NCBI GenBank assembly: GCA_013265495.1
Contig: MU062380.1
Span: 4,155,540-4,219,539, forward strand
Direction of reading: 5' to 3'
DNA from: Vicugna vicugna
Lineage: Eukaryota
Length of the DNA: 64,000 nucleotides
The notes under the pieces are model-generated. The model saw only the letters and a program-made list of their open reading frames with translations, had not been told where the DNA came from and searched no databases. Position 1 is the stretch's first letter, and every line of letters starts with the position of its first letter. Shown here piece after piece: positions 48,054-61,309 of the stretch. Both the position numbers and the translations under genes were made by a program.

Positions 48054-51000
48054 GCATATAAAATGTGCTAGGCACTCCCTGCAGTTACAGAGGTAAGGCA
48101 AGAATCACACTAACAGAAGAGACTATACACTAAAAGGGTATAATGATATTAGAGCATGAGCACTAACAAAGGAGAATGGTCAAGGTACAAGGTCAGCAAA
48201 TATGAGAGAGACATTATCAGCTTAGAGCATTCAGAGAAGGCATCCAGCAAAAATTATATCTGAAGAATAATTAAGAAGACAAACTAAAATTTCCAGATGT
48301 CCAGAAATAACCCAAACAGAACACAGGAGAAGCAAAGATTTATAAAAAAAAAAAAAAAGGTAAAAGCAAAGATGCAAGTTTAGGTTGACATTTCTTCCTC
48401 AATGATGCACAGTTGCTCCATCCCACTTCATTGCTGAGGCATGAATTATTTTCCAGTCAAGCCTGTTCACTGGGTTATGAATGTGGTCACGGTTTTAAAC
48501 TTTCTCCTTTCCTGTTTTACTGAGTCTTTCTAAACTTATCTCTAAGATTGAGTACCAGATTTGCACAAGGGAAATCTAGTATCCTCCTGGAGGATTTTAA
48601 AGAAAACTAGGAAAGAAGACTCAAAGATCAGCTTATCAAGGAAAACAAGCTGTCTGGCCCCTAGTCCCAAAGTACTTTTTAAAAGTAGAATACACATGTA
48701 CATAAGAGCAAAGTTTAAATCAAAAAAGGTCAACATCAGAAGGGCTACTTGCACAACCTGTCACTTTATAGTGAGGAAACAGGCCCAGTGAATTGAAGAG
48801 AGTTCCTCAGGTGAAAGACTAAATATTGATTTCCATGAACACTCTGAACCTCTTGAGTCTGATTTTTAAAATATTTCATGCTCCTTCCAAAAGAGGCCTC
48901 CACTTGATGATAGTATAAAAGTAGTATTTAAAGAAAAATCTGACATGTGCTATAATTCTAATAAGCAGGCAGTGATCAATATGGTAGAAAGTGGGGATGA
49001 AGACACTGTACAGGGAGATGCAAAAGAGATCAGTGGCTACAAATTGATGTTTAAAGAGCTGGCAGTGGCTTCTGTTCTTCTAAGCAGAACAGAAACAGAC
49101 CTAGGGGACGTCCATGTTCCTCCTTCCCCTCTTCCTTCATGCCTCCAAGAGTGCTGTGCTTGCTTCTGTAAGTCATGATTTCCCAGCCTTTGATCTGGAT
49201 ATCCACATAGATTTTGAAACCTTCTTTGGTACGTGTTTTTCACTAAATGGCCTCCACTGCTCAGCTTCTCCCAGTCCTGCTGGGATTTCCCACAGGGAGG
49301 GAAGCTCAGCTGGCGGCCTAGTCCCCAGGCTCCCTTTCCTGGGTCTGCAGTGGACCTTCAGTCCTGTGGGACTTCACTGCCCACAAGGCTGGCTCTCAGT
49401 AGGTGAAAATACAGCTTCCAGGAAATAGAAAGTGACTGCTCCTGAAACCGAACACCTGGGGAGCCTTGCTTCAGTTTCTTTCTTCTCTCATACAGCCTCT
49501 GCTCCACAATCATTCCACTAGGGTCAGCCTAGTCTAGCCTACGTGGATCTGCTCTCATTTGTGTTTCTAGAAGAATCCATTAGACTGTGGGTAAAGAAAA
49601 AACCTAGTCAGGGGAAATTTGGTGCTCTCATCTTTTTAACCTCTCCTCCTCCCTCTGACGAGGTATCAGTTTCCTCACCCTTGCTCTACAGCATCATTCC
49701 TAAAACCGCTCTTTGGAGAGAACTGAAGTTTAGGGTGGAGAATCTAAAAAGTGAAATTGAAACCAAGACTTCACAAAGGAAGCTGGTTTAGGCAGGTTTC
49801 CTAGTGGTGACAGCCGCTGGAGAGTCCCTCAACCTCCCCGAGTGGACACCAGAGAAATCAGTTCAGGATCAGAAGGGATTCAGAGTGAGGGTGCTGTCAA
49901 GGCTCTTCACCCCCATTAAATTCTGCTGCTCTTTATGGTTCCGGACATGTATAAATTGGGCTACAAATGGCCATATTTCAAATAGCAGCTAAATGTATCT
50001 GTGCAAGGTGTACTTTAAATGTTGCCCTTTTTGGGAATAGTTGATGAGAGGTAAATCCCCTCTTTCTACTCAGGCTAGCAATCTCTCTTTAATTGTATGC
50101 ATAGAATTAGACTACTCCCTTCCCCCCACCCCCTCCATTTTTTTGAAATCTGGAGACCATGACTTTTGTTAAAGATTGATTTTCCCATATGTCACTTCGT
50201 CAATAAGAAACAAAGGGCACACAATGATTTCACTTCTGGGGAAAATATGCAAGAAGGAAGAAAGGAGTTGGGGGAAGAGGAGGAGGAAGGGGAGGAGGAA
50301 AGGAGGAGGGTGAAGAAAGATGGTTACTTCCTCTTGGGGTAGTTAAATAGCTTAGTGTGTTCTTACTGTTCAATCTCTAACGGGCTGTTCACTGGACTCT
50401 TGAGCTGTCATTTAGTCCAGCTTGATTTCATGACGGCTACACTGTCCCATTATAAAAGCACCAAAATCATCTCTGGCTTCTTCTACTGCCTTATGGTTGG
50501 CTCCTTACTATGTTTCTTAGGGAACAAGGAAAATGAAATAGAAAACTGAAAAAAAAAAAAAGTGACTTTGCCAGGAGCTCTGATGGACAGTGTGGGTAGG
50601 AGGCCAATGTCTGTGGTGACTCTGAATCCCCAGAATCCTAGAATCACAAACTGGCCAGGATTCCAGGGCAGTCCCCTACCTTCAGGCAGAGAAGCCTCAT
50701 CTCTCAGGGATACAAGGTTCTTCTCTTAAAGAATCAAGTAATAAGACCCTGCAACCTCCTTTGAAAGTTGCCCTTTCCAGTTTCATCAGAAAAAAAATTC
50801 TTTAAACACAACCAAAATATCAAAAGATCTTCAGCTTTAATTTAAGATTATTTTCTCCAGTTTGGTCATCCACAGAGGTGAAGGGCATTAACATCCATTA
50901 AAAGCTCAAGACAAATAAACAGAAATACCTCAAGGCAGTGAAGGATCATTTTTAAGAACCTTAAGACCACTTGACCAGTCTTAAAAAAAAAATCTCAGCT

Positions 51001-53259
51001 CTCCACTGATTGCTCTTTTCTCTGAATTACTCAGTTTAATATCCTTTTTATTATTGCCTGTTACTTTTTTCTGGATTCATTTCTACATTTAGTTTGAAAC
51101 TGAATGGAATATTTCAATAAGGATTTGGATTCATGTTGAAAGATAACAAAGATAATTCCTGGCCCTGGTATGTCATATTTCTGCTCATATCTCCCAATAT
51201 TTTGTTGGCACTATCAGTATCCTACAGACTCAGATTTGCCTGGTTGCTCTGGTCTTTTTTTGTGATTGCTTGTTTCTTTTCTTAGGGTCTGTCTACCTTG
51301 TACTTGTCTCTCCCATTCTGCTCACCTTTGCATCCCCAGGGCTTGACACTGTTCGAGGCACACAGTAGGTACTTAATAAATTTGGGGGAATTGGATTGAT
51401 GTGGCAAAGGAGTGGTATGGACCTTAGGAACTCAGAGAAGGGGATTAGAAGAGTCAAAGAGAGCGTCTCAAGGAAGTGATGTTTGGAATGCTCCTTTAAG
51501 GAAGGAAGATGTTTGGATGGGCGAAGAGAATGGGGAAAGGTGGTATAGGAAGTTATAGTGGAGTCAAGTTTTCAGGCAGAGAGTAAAGTGCCAAAAGCAG
51601 GAGGGAGAGAGACATTGGGCAATAGGGAAAGAGCCCTCAGTTTAGACCAGAGTTAGCTCTGAATGTCCACTTCTCTTTTCATCTGAAGAATTCTGGTGAT
51701 TTCCATCTCAGAGAACCAGAAAGAGTGTGACAGAGTTCAGAGAGGAAGAGGTGACCACCCTCACATTGATGGCCTTTTCCACAGCTTTAGCAGACTGTGG
51801 CACCACTCAGGCGCACATGCTTTTAAAACCCAGGTCCCGCCACCCCATGCTGGGTGCACTCAACATAGATGAGTTTAAATAAAGTTGAGACAGAAGCCAG
51901 AGAGGTTCCACTGGGAGGCTGAAGGTCATTGCAACTACACTCCATGCCAGAAATTATGCTGAGATTGTCAGGTGGGTGCCCTGGGGAACTGACCTGAAAC
52001 AAAGGTCAGAAAGCTTCTTAGGATTCCTCACTGCTGAGAATGCAGCCAGTTGTGTTAGAAAAACCCAAATCACAACTTCCTGAAAGTTTTTGTCAATGCA
52101 GTAATGGGTTTGTTTCCTTGGCAACAGAGTCCACTGTGGGAAAAAGATTTTCCCAGCAATTAGGTTGTCCCAGCAGCACCTTGGACCCTGAATACTCATT
52201 ATGAAAATAGTCTTTGGTAGGCCTGGGGTCCAGCGCAGCCCTGCCCTGAGGTACAGTTTCAGCTCAGCCTGGCTTTTCTCAGCATGAAGAGAGTGAGACA
52301 GCTCTAAGGCTGAGAAAGGAAACAACGAACCATCGAATCATCGTTGCTACAGAGATCACCTTGTTCAGGGGCAAAGCCAAGTGGGAAGCCTCCCCTATGG
52401 AGTTTCATCAGGTTCTACACTCCACTGGCCTGCCCGGAGGGCCCTCTCCACACTCCAGGTCTGTGACTGTCTTTTAATTTCACCTACGGTGTCTTGTACT
52501 GGCTAGCTTTCATTTTTATGAAGTTGAATCTGTATTTTTTTTGCAGCTTCCAGGTTTTGTGTCTTGCTCTCTCATTCTAGGGTTATAAACAATAGTGTCT
52601 CAGAAATTTATGATTTTAATCCCCCCTCAAATTTAAAAAGAATTCCTTTTGTTTTTATTAAAGCAAAACGATAGACAGATGAAAGCATCAAGTTGGGCAG
52701 AAGAACTTAGACTGAGAAGCAGTGATCCCCTGCTCTATTCCTCACCAACCTTGGGCCCACTTTTCACTGGTATACTCTTTTCTCTGTTTTTTTCCTTCTG
52801 GCAATACAAGTCATTGGGCTTCCTCTGCCCTGCCTCATCCATCCTCTCAACCGTCTCTCCCGTTTCTAAAAATTTACTCTAGGAATTTTCGGTGCACTCA
52901 TCACGCTCCTATTCTCATTGCAGTTGTGGACCTATCTTTAAATCAATCTTTTTTGTATTATTTCATTAAGGTCTCGGGAGGAAGAGGGATGAACACAATC
53001 TTAGAAGAGAAGCTTTCTGTATTTTACGGGCAGGAGGAGGGGGAGGGGGAAGTGCAGTAAATTATCTGACTCATGTCCCTTTTGGTCTAGTCTCTTGATG
53101 AGTTCACATCAAGGTACTGACTGCAAAGGCTGTTCATGCGTGCTTCTCCAAGGCGGTTAAGTTTTTAAGTGGGACTCTTAAAATTTGAGGGTATCTAATG
53201 ATCTTCAAATTTTTTGCTCATTTTAAAGTTGGTATCTATAGTTTTGTGTTACTTTAAGC

Positions 53260-53372
53260 ACAGTTAGCCCTCTGCATCTGCAACCCTACCACAGCATTTT
53301 ATATAAGGGCTTCTGGTATCTGTAGGGGATCTTGGAACCCATCCCACCTGAGGATACCAAGCAGTGACTATA
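53260..53372. mobile_element. Tigger-type MITE remnant
   Basis: CACAGTTAGCCCTCTGCATC...GGTATCTGTAGGGGATCTTGGAACC..GGATACC...GTGACTATA, with terminal inverted-repeat character. Confidence 0.5.
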
Positions 53373-56124
53373 TCTGCAAAGGAAATAATTTCCAACACAT
53401 TGTAATACTGTTGTTTAAAAAATAAAACCTTTACTTCATTCTCAAATGTACTGAGTAGAATCTAGATTGGGAAAATCAGTGAAAGAAATTTCTTCTAAGA
53501 TCTGAATTAACGTTCAAGAAAATATAAAACAAGAACATACCTCTGAGATATATATACATGTATATATATGTATATGTATATTATATATATTTTCCTTTTG
53601 CTTGCAAACATAATGTTCATCTATTAGGGGTAAGTGGAAGTTGTCACATCCTCCTTCATAATTTTTCAAAGTATTCAGCTGAGACCCAGACACATAGGTA
53701 AATGAATTTTTTCTCCAATAGAGAAGATGAAAATGCAGTGGACTCCTGTCATAGAAAGTCTTTCCTGGAAAGCTTTACAGAGCCTGAGTATTCTAAGAAG
53801 TCTAAGATGGACAGAGCAGTCATCCACTGAGCCCTGCCACAAACTTGTCACTGGATGAAGTAAAGTCCACTGTTTTTGTATCTCTCACCCACACTCTCTT
53901 CACTCCTCATGGCTGCCTTGGGGGAAATGGTGTCTCGGACAATAGACAGGAAGTAGAAGAAGTGGAGTTCATTAAATAAAGCTGCCATCCCTCCTTCCAC
54001 CTCACTCTACAATACATTTATTTCTAATGCCACGTTTCTACCTTTACAAAAGTATGAACAAGACAGGAGGGACATAGGACCCTCTTTGGGGCTTATAATG
54101 ATTTGAGGAGGCAACACTGATTAAAGCATCAGTATTTCAAATTGTATCTTTATTTAGCTCCTGAAGCTTTTTACTTTTTAGGACCTTGTACCATAGTAAC
54201 ATTCAAGTTGGGTAAGAGATAAGCCTTTCTTTTCAAATAGGGAGAAAGACATGGTCTTTCTCACTGCAGGTAAGTTTTAGGAAAGTGTCCATAAAGAAAC
54301 TGAAAAACCTGGAAATGGATTCTCTTAAAACCATCAGTTCCCATATACTCTTTGAAAACCTGCAGGTGCTCTTGGGGTACAAGGATTTCAGTGTAAAGAC
54401 CTTACCTTAGGCCACATCAATGTGTCTTTTGGCAGGAAGTACAGGCACTGTGGGACCCTCCTTGGAGTGTTACTTTAGAGGTGGAGCTATTAGATCCCAT
54501 CATATAAGCTGCCGCTTACTTTGTGCATAGATTTGTCTCAAATGCAGCCAGTGATTTTCTGAGGCTGGGCCATTAGCTGAGCCTCGGAACAAATTCCGTC
54601 TAGTGAAGGCCTGTGTTTGCCCCATCACAAGACTGGTCAAAGCCTAAGCTCTGACTTCTCTTTCTTACTCTTTCTTTCTCTTTCTTTCCCTTCCTTCAGG
54701 ATGATTTTCATGCCTCCTCACCCTATGAACACCCTGAGGCTGCAACTGTCATCCTTCTCTATCAGCTTTTTATTTAAAGGGATCTCAGTGCCTTAATACT
54801 GAAAAATTTCGGATGGATGGCAGCCTGAACTGTGACTTTTGTCAGGAAAGTTTGTTTCCTAAAAGTCTTAAGTTAGTATTTCAGACATTACTACACCATG
54901 TTCACAATGTTTACCACATTCATATACCATGTCTCCTATCATTTTATTCTTTTCCATAAATCGACTCACCTTTCTGCTACTACACATTTATTTCAGACAG
55001 GAGTCTATTGTATCTCTACCATACAAAGTGTCCTTCTTGCCTTAGCCTAGGTTCTCCAGAAAGCAAAGCTAGAAGCAAAGGCCTAGATTCTTGGGAATGT
55101 GAGTTCAGTGGTACAGGACAGGGATTTTGAAACAGGGAAGGAAGGACAGCCAATACAAGGGTGCCTTACCACGCTGGCCTCTGCTATAGGCAACCAACTC
55201 CATCCCACCAGGGCCTTCTGGAAAGCCTCATGAAATGTCTTTCACAACTCTCTACCTGGGTGACAAAAGGTGAGAGCAGATCTCCGTCAGCTTTCAGCCA
55301 ATTTTGGTCAAGAGGAACTCCCTGGGTTTTAAGTCTCCTATATTTCCAAGCTGCACATGCTTGAGTGCAGAATTTCCAAGGGGATACCACGGCAAGTCAG
55401 CAGAGAAAGCCCCAGAGCTAGAAGCAGACTGTGAAAGGTGCAGGCACAGACAAGGTGCTATCAGGTTCCCCCGTGTGAAAGAGATCCAGTGTGGGTTGGC
55501 TGCTGACCAGTAGAATGCTCTAGAATTCTACACAGGGGAGTAGCAGGCTGGCTGGAAACTGGGGAGAAGGACTAAAATCTTCCTCACCTCACCCCTTGGC
55601 TCTGTCACTGTGCTCACCTGAGGGTTACTCCACTGGGGTTAGAGTGACTGGGATACACTGTCCAACTTGGCTGCCAGGAGTCCACTCTGCAAACAGGGTG
55701 GTGGTGGAGAGCTGAGAGGGTAGGAAAGGGTGCCTTTGTGAGCCGAACACTCTCCCCAAAGTGTCCACTGCACATGAAATGGATGGTTCACTCCTGCAGT
55801 GGCATGGCTATGACTAGGGAGGGGTAATTCTGGTGCTAAAACAAAAATTGAGACCAGCACAGAAACAGCCAGCCGATAAGGCTCATCATAGACTGTCTAC
55901 CACTGATGCTGATGGGCCAGCCCCGCCCACTATGGGGCACCTTTCCACCCTCTCCCTCAGGCTGCCCTGTGCAGTTTCCTCTCCTCTTGAGACTGCTGCA
56001 GTGCTGGTGCTCAGTGAGGGAGGGCAGCTGTGTGGTTTGCTGTGCCATCTGGAGGTAACTGACAACATAGGACAGCAGAGGGAGCTTCCTCAAACAGTAC
56101 ACGACGCTTTGCTCATCCCCCGGT

Positions 56125-56323
56125 TTAAGTATTTCTGAACATCAGAGTTCTCCATCAAGTAAAAGGAAGTTGGAAGGGGAAATGCCACCTCTGTGACATA
56201 TCACCCAAAGAAAAACGGAGTGACTTCCCATTATTTTGGAGACAGCGAGAAAAGAACATCTCAGAAGTGGGGCCTCATTCTTTGATTTTTAACACGAGAA
56301 AAAGAGGAATTGTTCTTCAGCAA
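56125..56323 (+). other. CD80: CD80 exon 1 (non-coding; TSS approximate)
   Basis: AAGTAAAAGGAAGTTGGAAGGGGAAATG...AGAACATCTCAGAAGTGG...TTCTTCAGCAA resembles the recalled human CD80 5' UTR; donor CAA|GTAAGT. Confidence 0.8.
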
Positions 56324-57636
56324 GTAAGTACACTTACTATTATCTTAATATGGTATAGCTTGGTAGAACTTGGTAGACCTAGAACCCAACGGCATTTTGA
56401 ACAAACACAGCGTTCACTCTTACCTCCAAGACACAAACTCTCCCCTTCAAAGAGCCATCTGGGAGGTCTTATTCCCGGAGGAGGCTGAGGCGGCCCCAAA
56501 CACGTGGAGGTTCATCATCAGAGTTATGGCCCGTTATTTTAAATTTCCTAGATGGTAGCAAATATTAATTTTGTAGGCTGAATTTGAGTTTTCCAAATAA
56601 ATAAAAATTCTGGTGAGTAAGTGAATCCAAGCTAATCATGATTAAAATGGAGTGTGGCTGATAAAACAATCCAGTGTAGCTGGGAATCTAGCTCTGGGGT
56701 AGTTTCCAAAGAGGGTCCCAAACATCCTCTGGGTAGTGTTGGGCTATGTCTGTGGTGGCAATCTGAGAGCATCACACGGGAGCACAGCTTTCCCTTTTAT
56801 TTCTTAAGTTTGATATATTTACTAAAAAAACCCAAAAACAAACAAAAATCCCCAGCTTTCTCACATTACGATACACAACGTAAATAAGTAATGTTTTCTG
56901 TATGTCTTTTCTCTTCCCTTTTCACTGACACTTCTCTGTTGATTGAGATCCTCTACTGCTTTAAGACATATTTTTGTGTAGAAGCATGTGAGAACAGAGA
57001 CACTTGTTTTTCTCTGTTAATATACCAAGAAAAGTTATTTCATAACTTAAGTACTGCTTTGGACAAAATCCCCCGCCATGGCTTCCGCCCTGATGCTTTG
57101 TGCTTCTCGGTATGATGTGAAGAGGGTCTGAGCTTTCCTGGGTTGGCTCACTGATACCCAGGGCCCTTAGAGTTCTCTGCATTTCATCATCCCATCCAGC
57201 AGTGGGAGAGCTGTGGTTGGTTCTCGGAACATGCACAGGCAGGATCCCTTCCACAGAGCTCCGCTAACTTTTGTTTTTCCCTCGAGACTGAACCATGATT
57301 AAGAAGTTGCTCAGATTAAGATCCCTGACTCATTTAGGGAAGTCAAATAAGAAGCTTTACAACCTCCGGTAGGCTGGCCTTCCTTCCTGGGTGACCTTTA
57401 TTTTCTTCTTTTTCAGGTGGCGAATATAAATCCACCATCTTTTATATTCAGGAGTTTGGACACCCAGTACACCATCCAGCCTCTCCTCAGTGTGTTCTGC
57501 AAACATCACAGGAGAACCCTCTGTGTGGAGCAATTGAATTGTCTTCTGCTTCTGCTGGGTGTTAACTGTGAGGTGCTCAGTTCTCACTTGGCTTGAAATT
57601 ATTTGCTTTGGTTTTCCGTCCTCCTCAGCAGAAGCC

Positions 57637-57736
57637 ATGGGTCACACACTGGAGTGGGGAACTCCACCACCCAAGCGCCCATCCCTCAGGCTTTTTCAGC
57701 TCTTGGTGCTGGCTGGTCTCTTTTACTTCTGTTCAG
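57637..57736 (+). CDS. CD80: CD80 (B7-1) exon 2 coding part, signal peptide; remaining exons lie beyond the window
   Basis: GCC-ATG-G at 57637 encodes MGHTLEWGTPPPKRPSLRLFQLLVLAGLFYFCS-G (recalled human MGHTRRQGTSPSKCPYLNFFQLLVLAGLSHFCSG); exon starts 57417 after a pyrimidine tract and CAG; donor CAG|GTAAGC; 100 coding nt. Position opposite ADPRH matches known synteny. Confidence 0.95.
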
Positions 57737-58935
57737 GTAAGCGCCTTCCAGGAACTTGACTGAGTCCACGGCTTCAGGGTTTAGAGAAAGGAGATGGTGT
57801 TCTCTGCACTGCCCCTTACTGTGGCCCTGTGAGAGGGAAGGGACCTTCAGGGCGTTTCAGTCCATTTTAGGGGTGAGGAAACACAGAGGTTAAAGGACCC
57901 ACCCTTGATCGCATAGCAAGCCAGCGGCCAAGTTAGCTCAAGAACCCAGAACTTAAAGGAAAGGTGGGGCAGCATGATTTTAACAAAACCATGAAGCTGA
58001 TTCAGAAGGACAGCTTAGAGCTGCTGTCTCTTCAACGAACACTAGATGTTCATTTACATTTTGTGGCATGATAAGGGCAGTGGTTTCCGGCTTTGATTCC
58101 CAAACTGTATTTCTATGAGACAACACAGCTAGTCTTTGCTTCTAAAACTGAACAACGATGATCTTCTTCTAATTTGAAGTGGGAAAAGAAAGAAGTCCTG
58201 AAGTACAACCTTCTTAATATTAAAATTTTCTCTTGATGTTGATTTTTATGCTTCAGGTGCCGATGCCCTTTGTCAACACTAACATCTGACATTAAGTGGT
58301 ATCAGATTTAGCACAAATCATATTTTAAGTTATTTCTAACTTACTACATAGGTGTTTCAAGAATATTTTGACTTCCAGAGACTCTTGTTCCAGCTCAGGT
58401 GCTGGACTTGGAGGCCTATTGGGAAGGGAAGTGCTGATCCCGTTGACAGGGTGGCTCTGACTTTTTTAAGTCAGAACAAACAAAAGGTCTGCTTTTTGCT
58501 GAGCGGCATACCACCTGGTTTCTCCAAAACAAAGAGGAGGCCTCCAGCACGGTTTCCTGGTCTGCAAATATCAAAGGTCCTTAAGCGCTGCTTGCTTAAA
58601 ACAGGTCTGCACTGCAGTGCAGCCATGTCCCAGAATAACTAAGGTGTTGGGGAGGGTGAAGGAGGGAAGGGAAGACTGCGTTGCTGGTAGTTGTACATTT
58701 TCTGTCCTAAGCTGTAAAACTTGTCTTACACTGTTGCTGAACTAAGAGAACCATGACTCAAGTTTCACAATTTACGCATCAAATTTTGTATATATTTGAC
58801 AGTTATATTTCCAACAGTTAGTTTTCTTCTGGAAAGTTGGGGGCAGTTGGGGGTAGCACTCACAGTCTAGAGTCTTTTGGGGAGTCTAAATGAGTTTTTA
58901 AAAATTTAGAAGAAAATTTATAGGCTTCCTAGAAA

Positions 58936-58975
<40 letters not shown>
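58936..58975. repeat. (GT)n microsatellite followed by short (GA)n
   Basis: Read directly. Other (GT/CA)n tracts at about 33276-33302 and 29500-29527. Confidence 0.95.
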
Positions 58976-58977
<2 letters not shown>

Positions 58978-59316
58978 AATCATAAAAAAGAAAGTATAAA
59001 AAGAAAATTAAAATCAAGGCTTTAGCATTTATACCAAGACAATTAGTCAGAGGCAAATGGAAAGAAACGAGCTTTGGGCTAAAGAAAGATATTTAGGAAA
59101 GCACGTTGTTCTAGATCTACATCTGGATTCTACTGTGCTATATTGAGTCAACAAGGGAATCCATGAGTTTCTTTTGTCTGAAGACCTGCTATGTACCGAA
59201 GGGCCCCGGGAGGCAGGGACCAGACTCCTCCGTAGGGCTGGAAGTCCAGGGATATGAAGGTTATTTGGAGGCACAGGGAGGCTACGGAAGGATTGTAAGC
59301 AGGGGAGTAACATGGT

Positions 59317-59815
59317 CTATACCAGCGCTGCTCACACTTTAATTATACATGCCATTACCTGGGGGCCTTGTTAAAAAGCAGTTTCTAGCACAGGAGATTT
59401 TTTTAGAACAGTGAAAATACTGCATGGTGGATATATGTCATTATGTATTTGTCAAGACCTACTGAATGTACAGAGCCAAGAGTGATCCCTATGTAAACCA
59501 TGGAATTTGAATTTGGGTGATGATGTGTCAGTGTAGGTTCATCAACTGGCACAAATGTACCACTCCGGTGCAGGATGCTGATGGTGGAGGAGGCTGTGCG
59601 CATAGAGGGGAGTGGGTATATGGGTCCTCTCTGCTCTCTACGTTCAGTTTACGGTCAACCTAAAACTGCTCTGAAAAAATAAAGTCTGTATATATATTTT
59701 TAAATGCAGTTTCTGCTTAGGTGAGTCTGGGGAGGGGTCTGCGATTCTGTATGTCTAACAAGCACCCAGGTGTCTGACGCCGCTGGTCCACAGACCTTTA
59801 GTTTTAGTAGTAAAG
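59317..59815 (+). mobile_element. MER5A-like hAT MITE split by an L1 3' fragment (about 59387-59700)
   Basis: MER5-like left half (CACCTGG..CTTGTTAAAA) and right half (GTCTGGGGAGGGG..TTCTG..TCTAACAAGC.CCCAGGTG); TSD-like AAA(A/T)GCAGTTTCT at 59374-59386 and 59702-59714. Confidence 0.65.
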
Positions 59816-61309
59816 CTTTAAATGGCATTTTTTTAAACGGTGTTGCTGAAGCATAAAAATATGGCTTGTAGTGCAGCCAGAGTGATTGTACCAAAACCAT
59901 TTAGTAGCTTACAAGTATTTGATGATAGCTTTGATGAAAAAAGTGGAGTTGGGGGGAGATGGTTGGGTTGGAGAGTGTGTATGATGCAGAACTGGTGAGG
60001 ATTTGCCAGACTGGAGTGAAGGTGTGAACTGTGCATGGCCTGTGGGAGACAAGACTGGGTACAGAGAGTGGAGACGACTGTGGAGGCCTTTGTTCCAGGA
60101 CAGGGGATCTGCACACTACGCCCTCCTCTCCTGCCCTGGGTGGGGAAGCTGCACTTCCACCCGTCTCTACACACTGCTGTCCAGGACAGGGGACCTCCCT
60201 TTCCTGCAGAGGTGGGACCTGCTGGGTTGCTCTCCACTTCTAGTTTGGTCTGTGGAGGCTGAACACTGGGCTCATGTACTCCAGAAGCTAGTGGTTGTCA
60301 GGCCAAGGGTCCTAACATGGGCAGCTCTTCCTCAGATCTGGGGTCCTTTCAGGGTGACGCAGCTCTTAGGAGAGGGGAGGAGGCTTTGGTAGGAGCAGGC
60401 CAGGGATGCAGAAAAGATGTTGGGCTGTGGGTCTATGGCAGGAGGAACACTGAGGTGGAGGAAGAGTGCCCTCAGAATGCCACCGTCCACAGGGCCTTGC
60501 TCTTGCTGTAAGCTCTGTCGGAATGCTGCTGGCCAAGGTGTCCCAAAAGCCACGGTTCTTGCTGTGACTGCTGTGATATAAGCTGTTCAAATCCCCAGGC
60601 ACTTTAGAGATACACCATTTAGAGAGACACACAGAAGTAGGGATCAGATTTATAAACAGCATATAGGCTGGGTCTACAGAGGAGAGAAAGTTGGGAGCAA
60701 TGTGAAAAAATCAGGAGATGAGTCTCAAATCTGCCAGATGCTGGAGAGCTGACACCTCTTAGCTTCCTGGTGTGCCCAGCACCCAGCCCAGGGCCCACAC
60801 TAGCCCTGAGGATGCCAGTTCATTTAATCAAAAGCAGTTAGAAGTGTCCAAAAAGGTCACTTCCATTGTGTTAAGGGTCACACAGACCATTAACAGTAAA
60901 TCTCCAGGTAGTGGGATTATAGGTGACTTTTATGCTTTTTCTGTAGTTTTCATTCTTTCTAAATTTAATGTGTGTTTCTTTTAGAGTCAGGGAAAACCTT
61001 TAAACAGCACATCTAAGTCCTTAGGGAAATAATGTAATCATAGCACGCGGTGATACAAGCTGCTGTTCACACGTGATTCTCCCTACTTTCGGAGAACTGG
61101 TGGTGCAGGCCCACCGACTACTGTTGAGGTTCCACTCCATAGAACAGGCACTGCAGCCAGGCCACTGTGTCCACACAGCCTTCCTCCAGTTTGGAGGGAT
61201 TAGGGGAGACTCATGGCTTCCTAGATTGGGTTCTTTTTTCTTTTAAAGCTATACATTAAATTTTCTTACTGTATCCCCAAGTTGTCCTGCATGGTTTTTG
61301 TTTTTCGGG

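Noticed and set aside
53548-53569. 22-bp palindrome ATATATATACATGTATATATAT
   Set aside because: Expected by chance in an AT microsatellite.
60093-60193. 14-nt direct repeat TCCAGGACAGGGGA occurring twice; also (TGCAC)4 near 36115-36135
   Set aside because: Too short and only two to four units; no spacer array or CRISPR-like structure.
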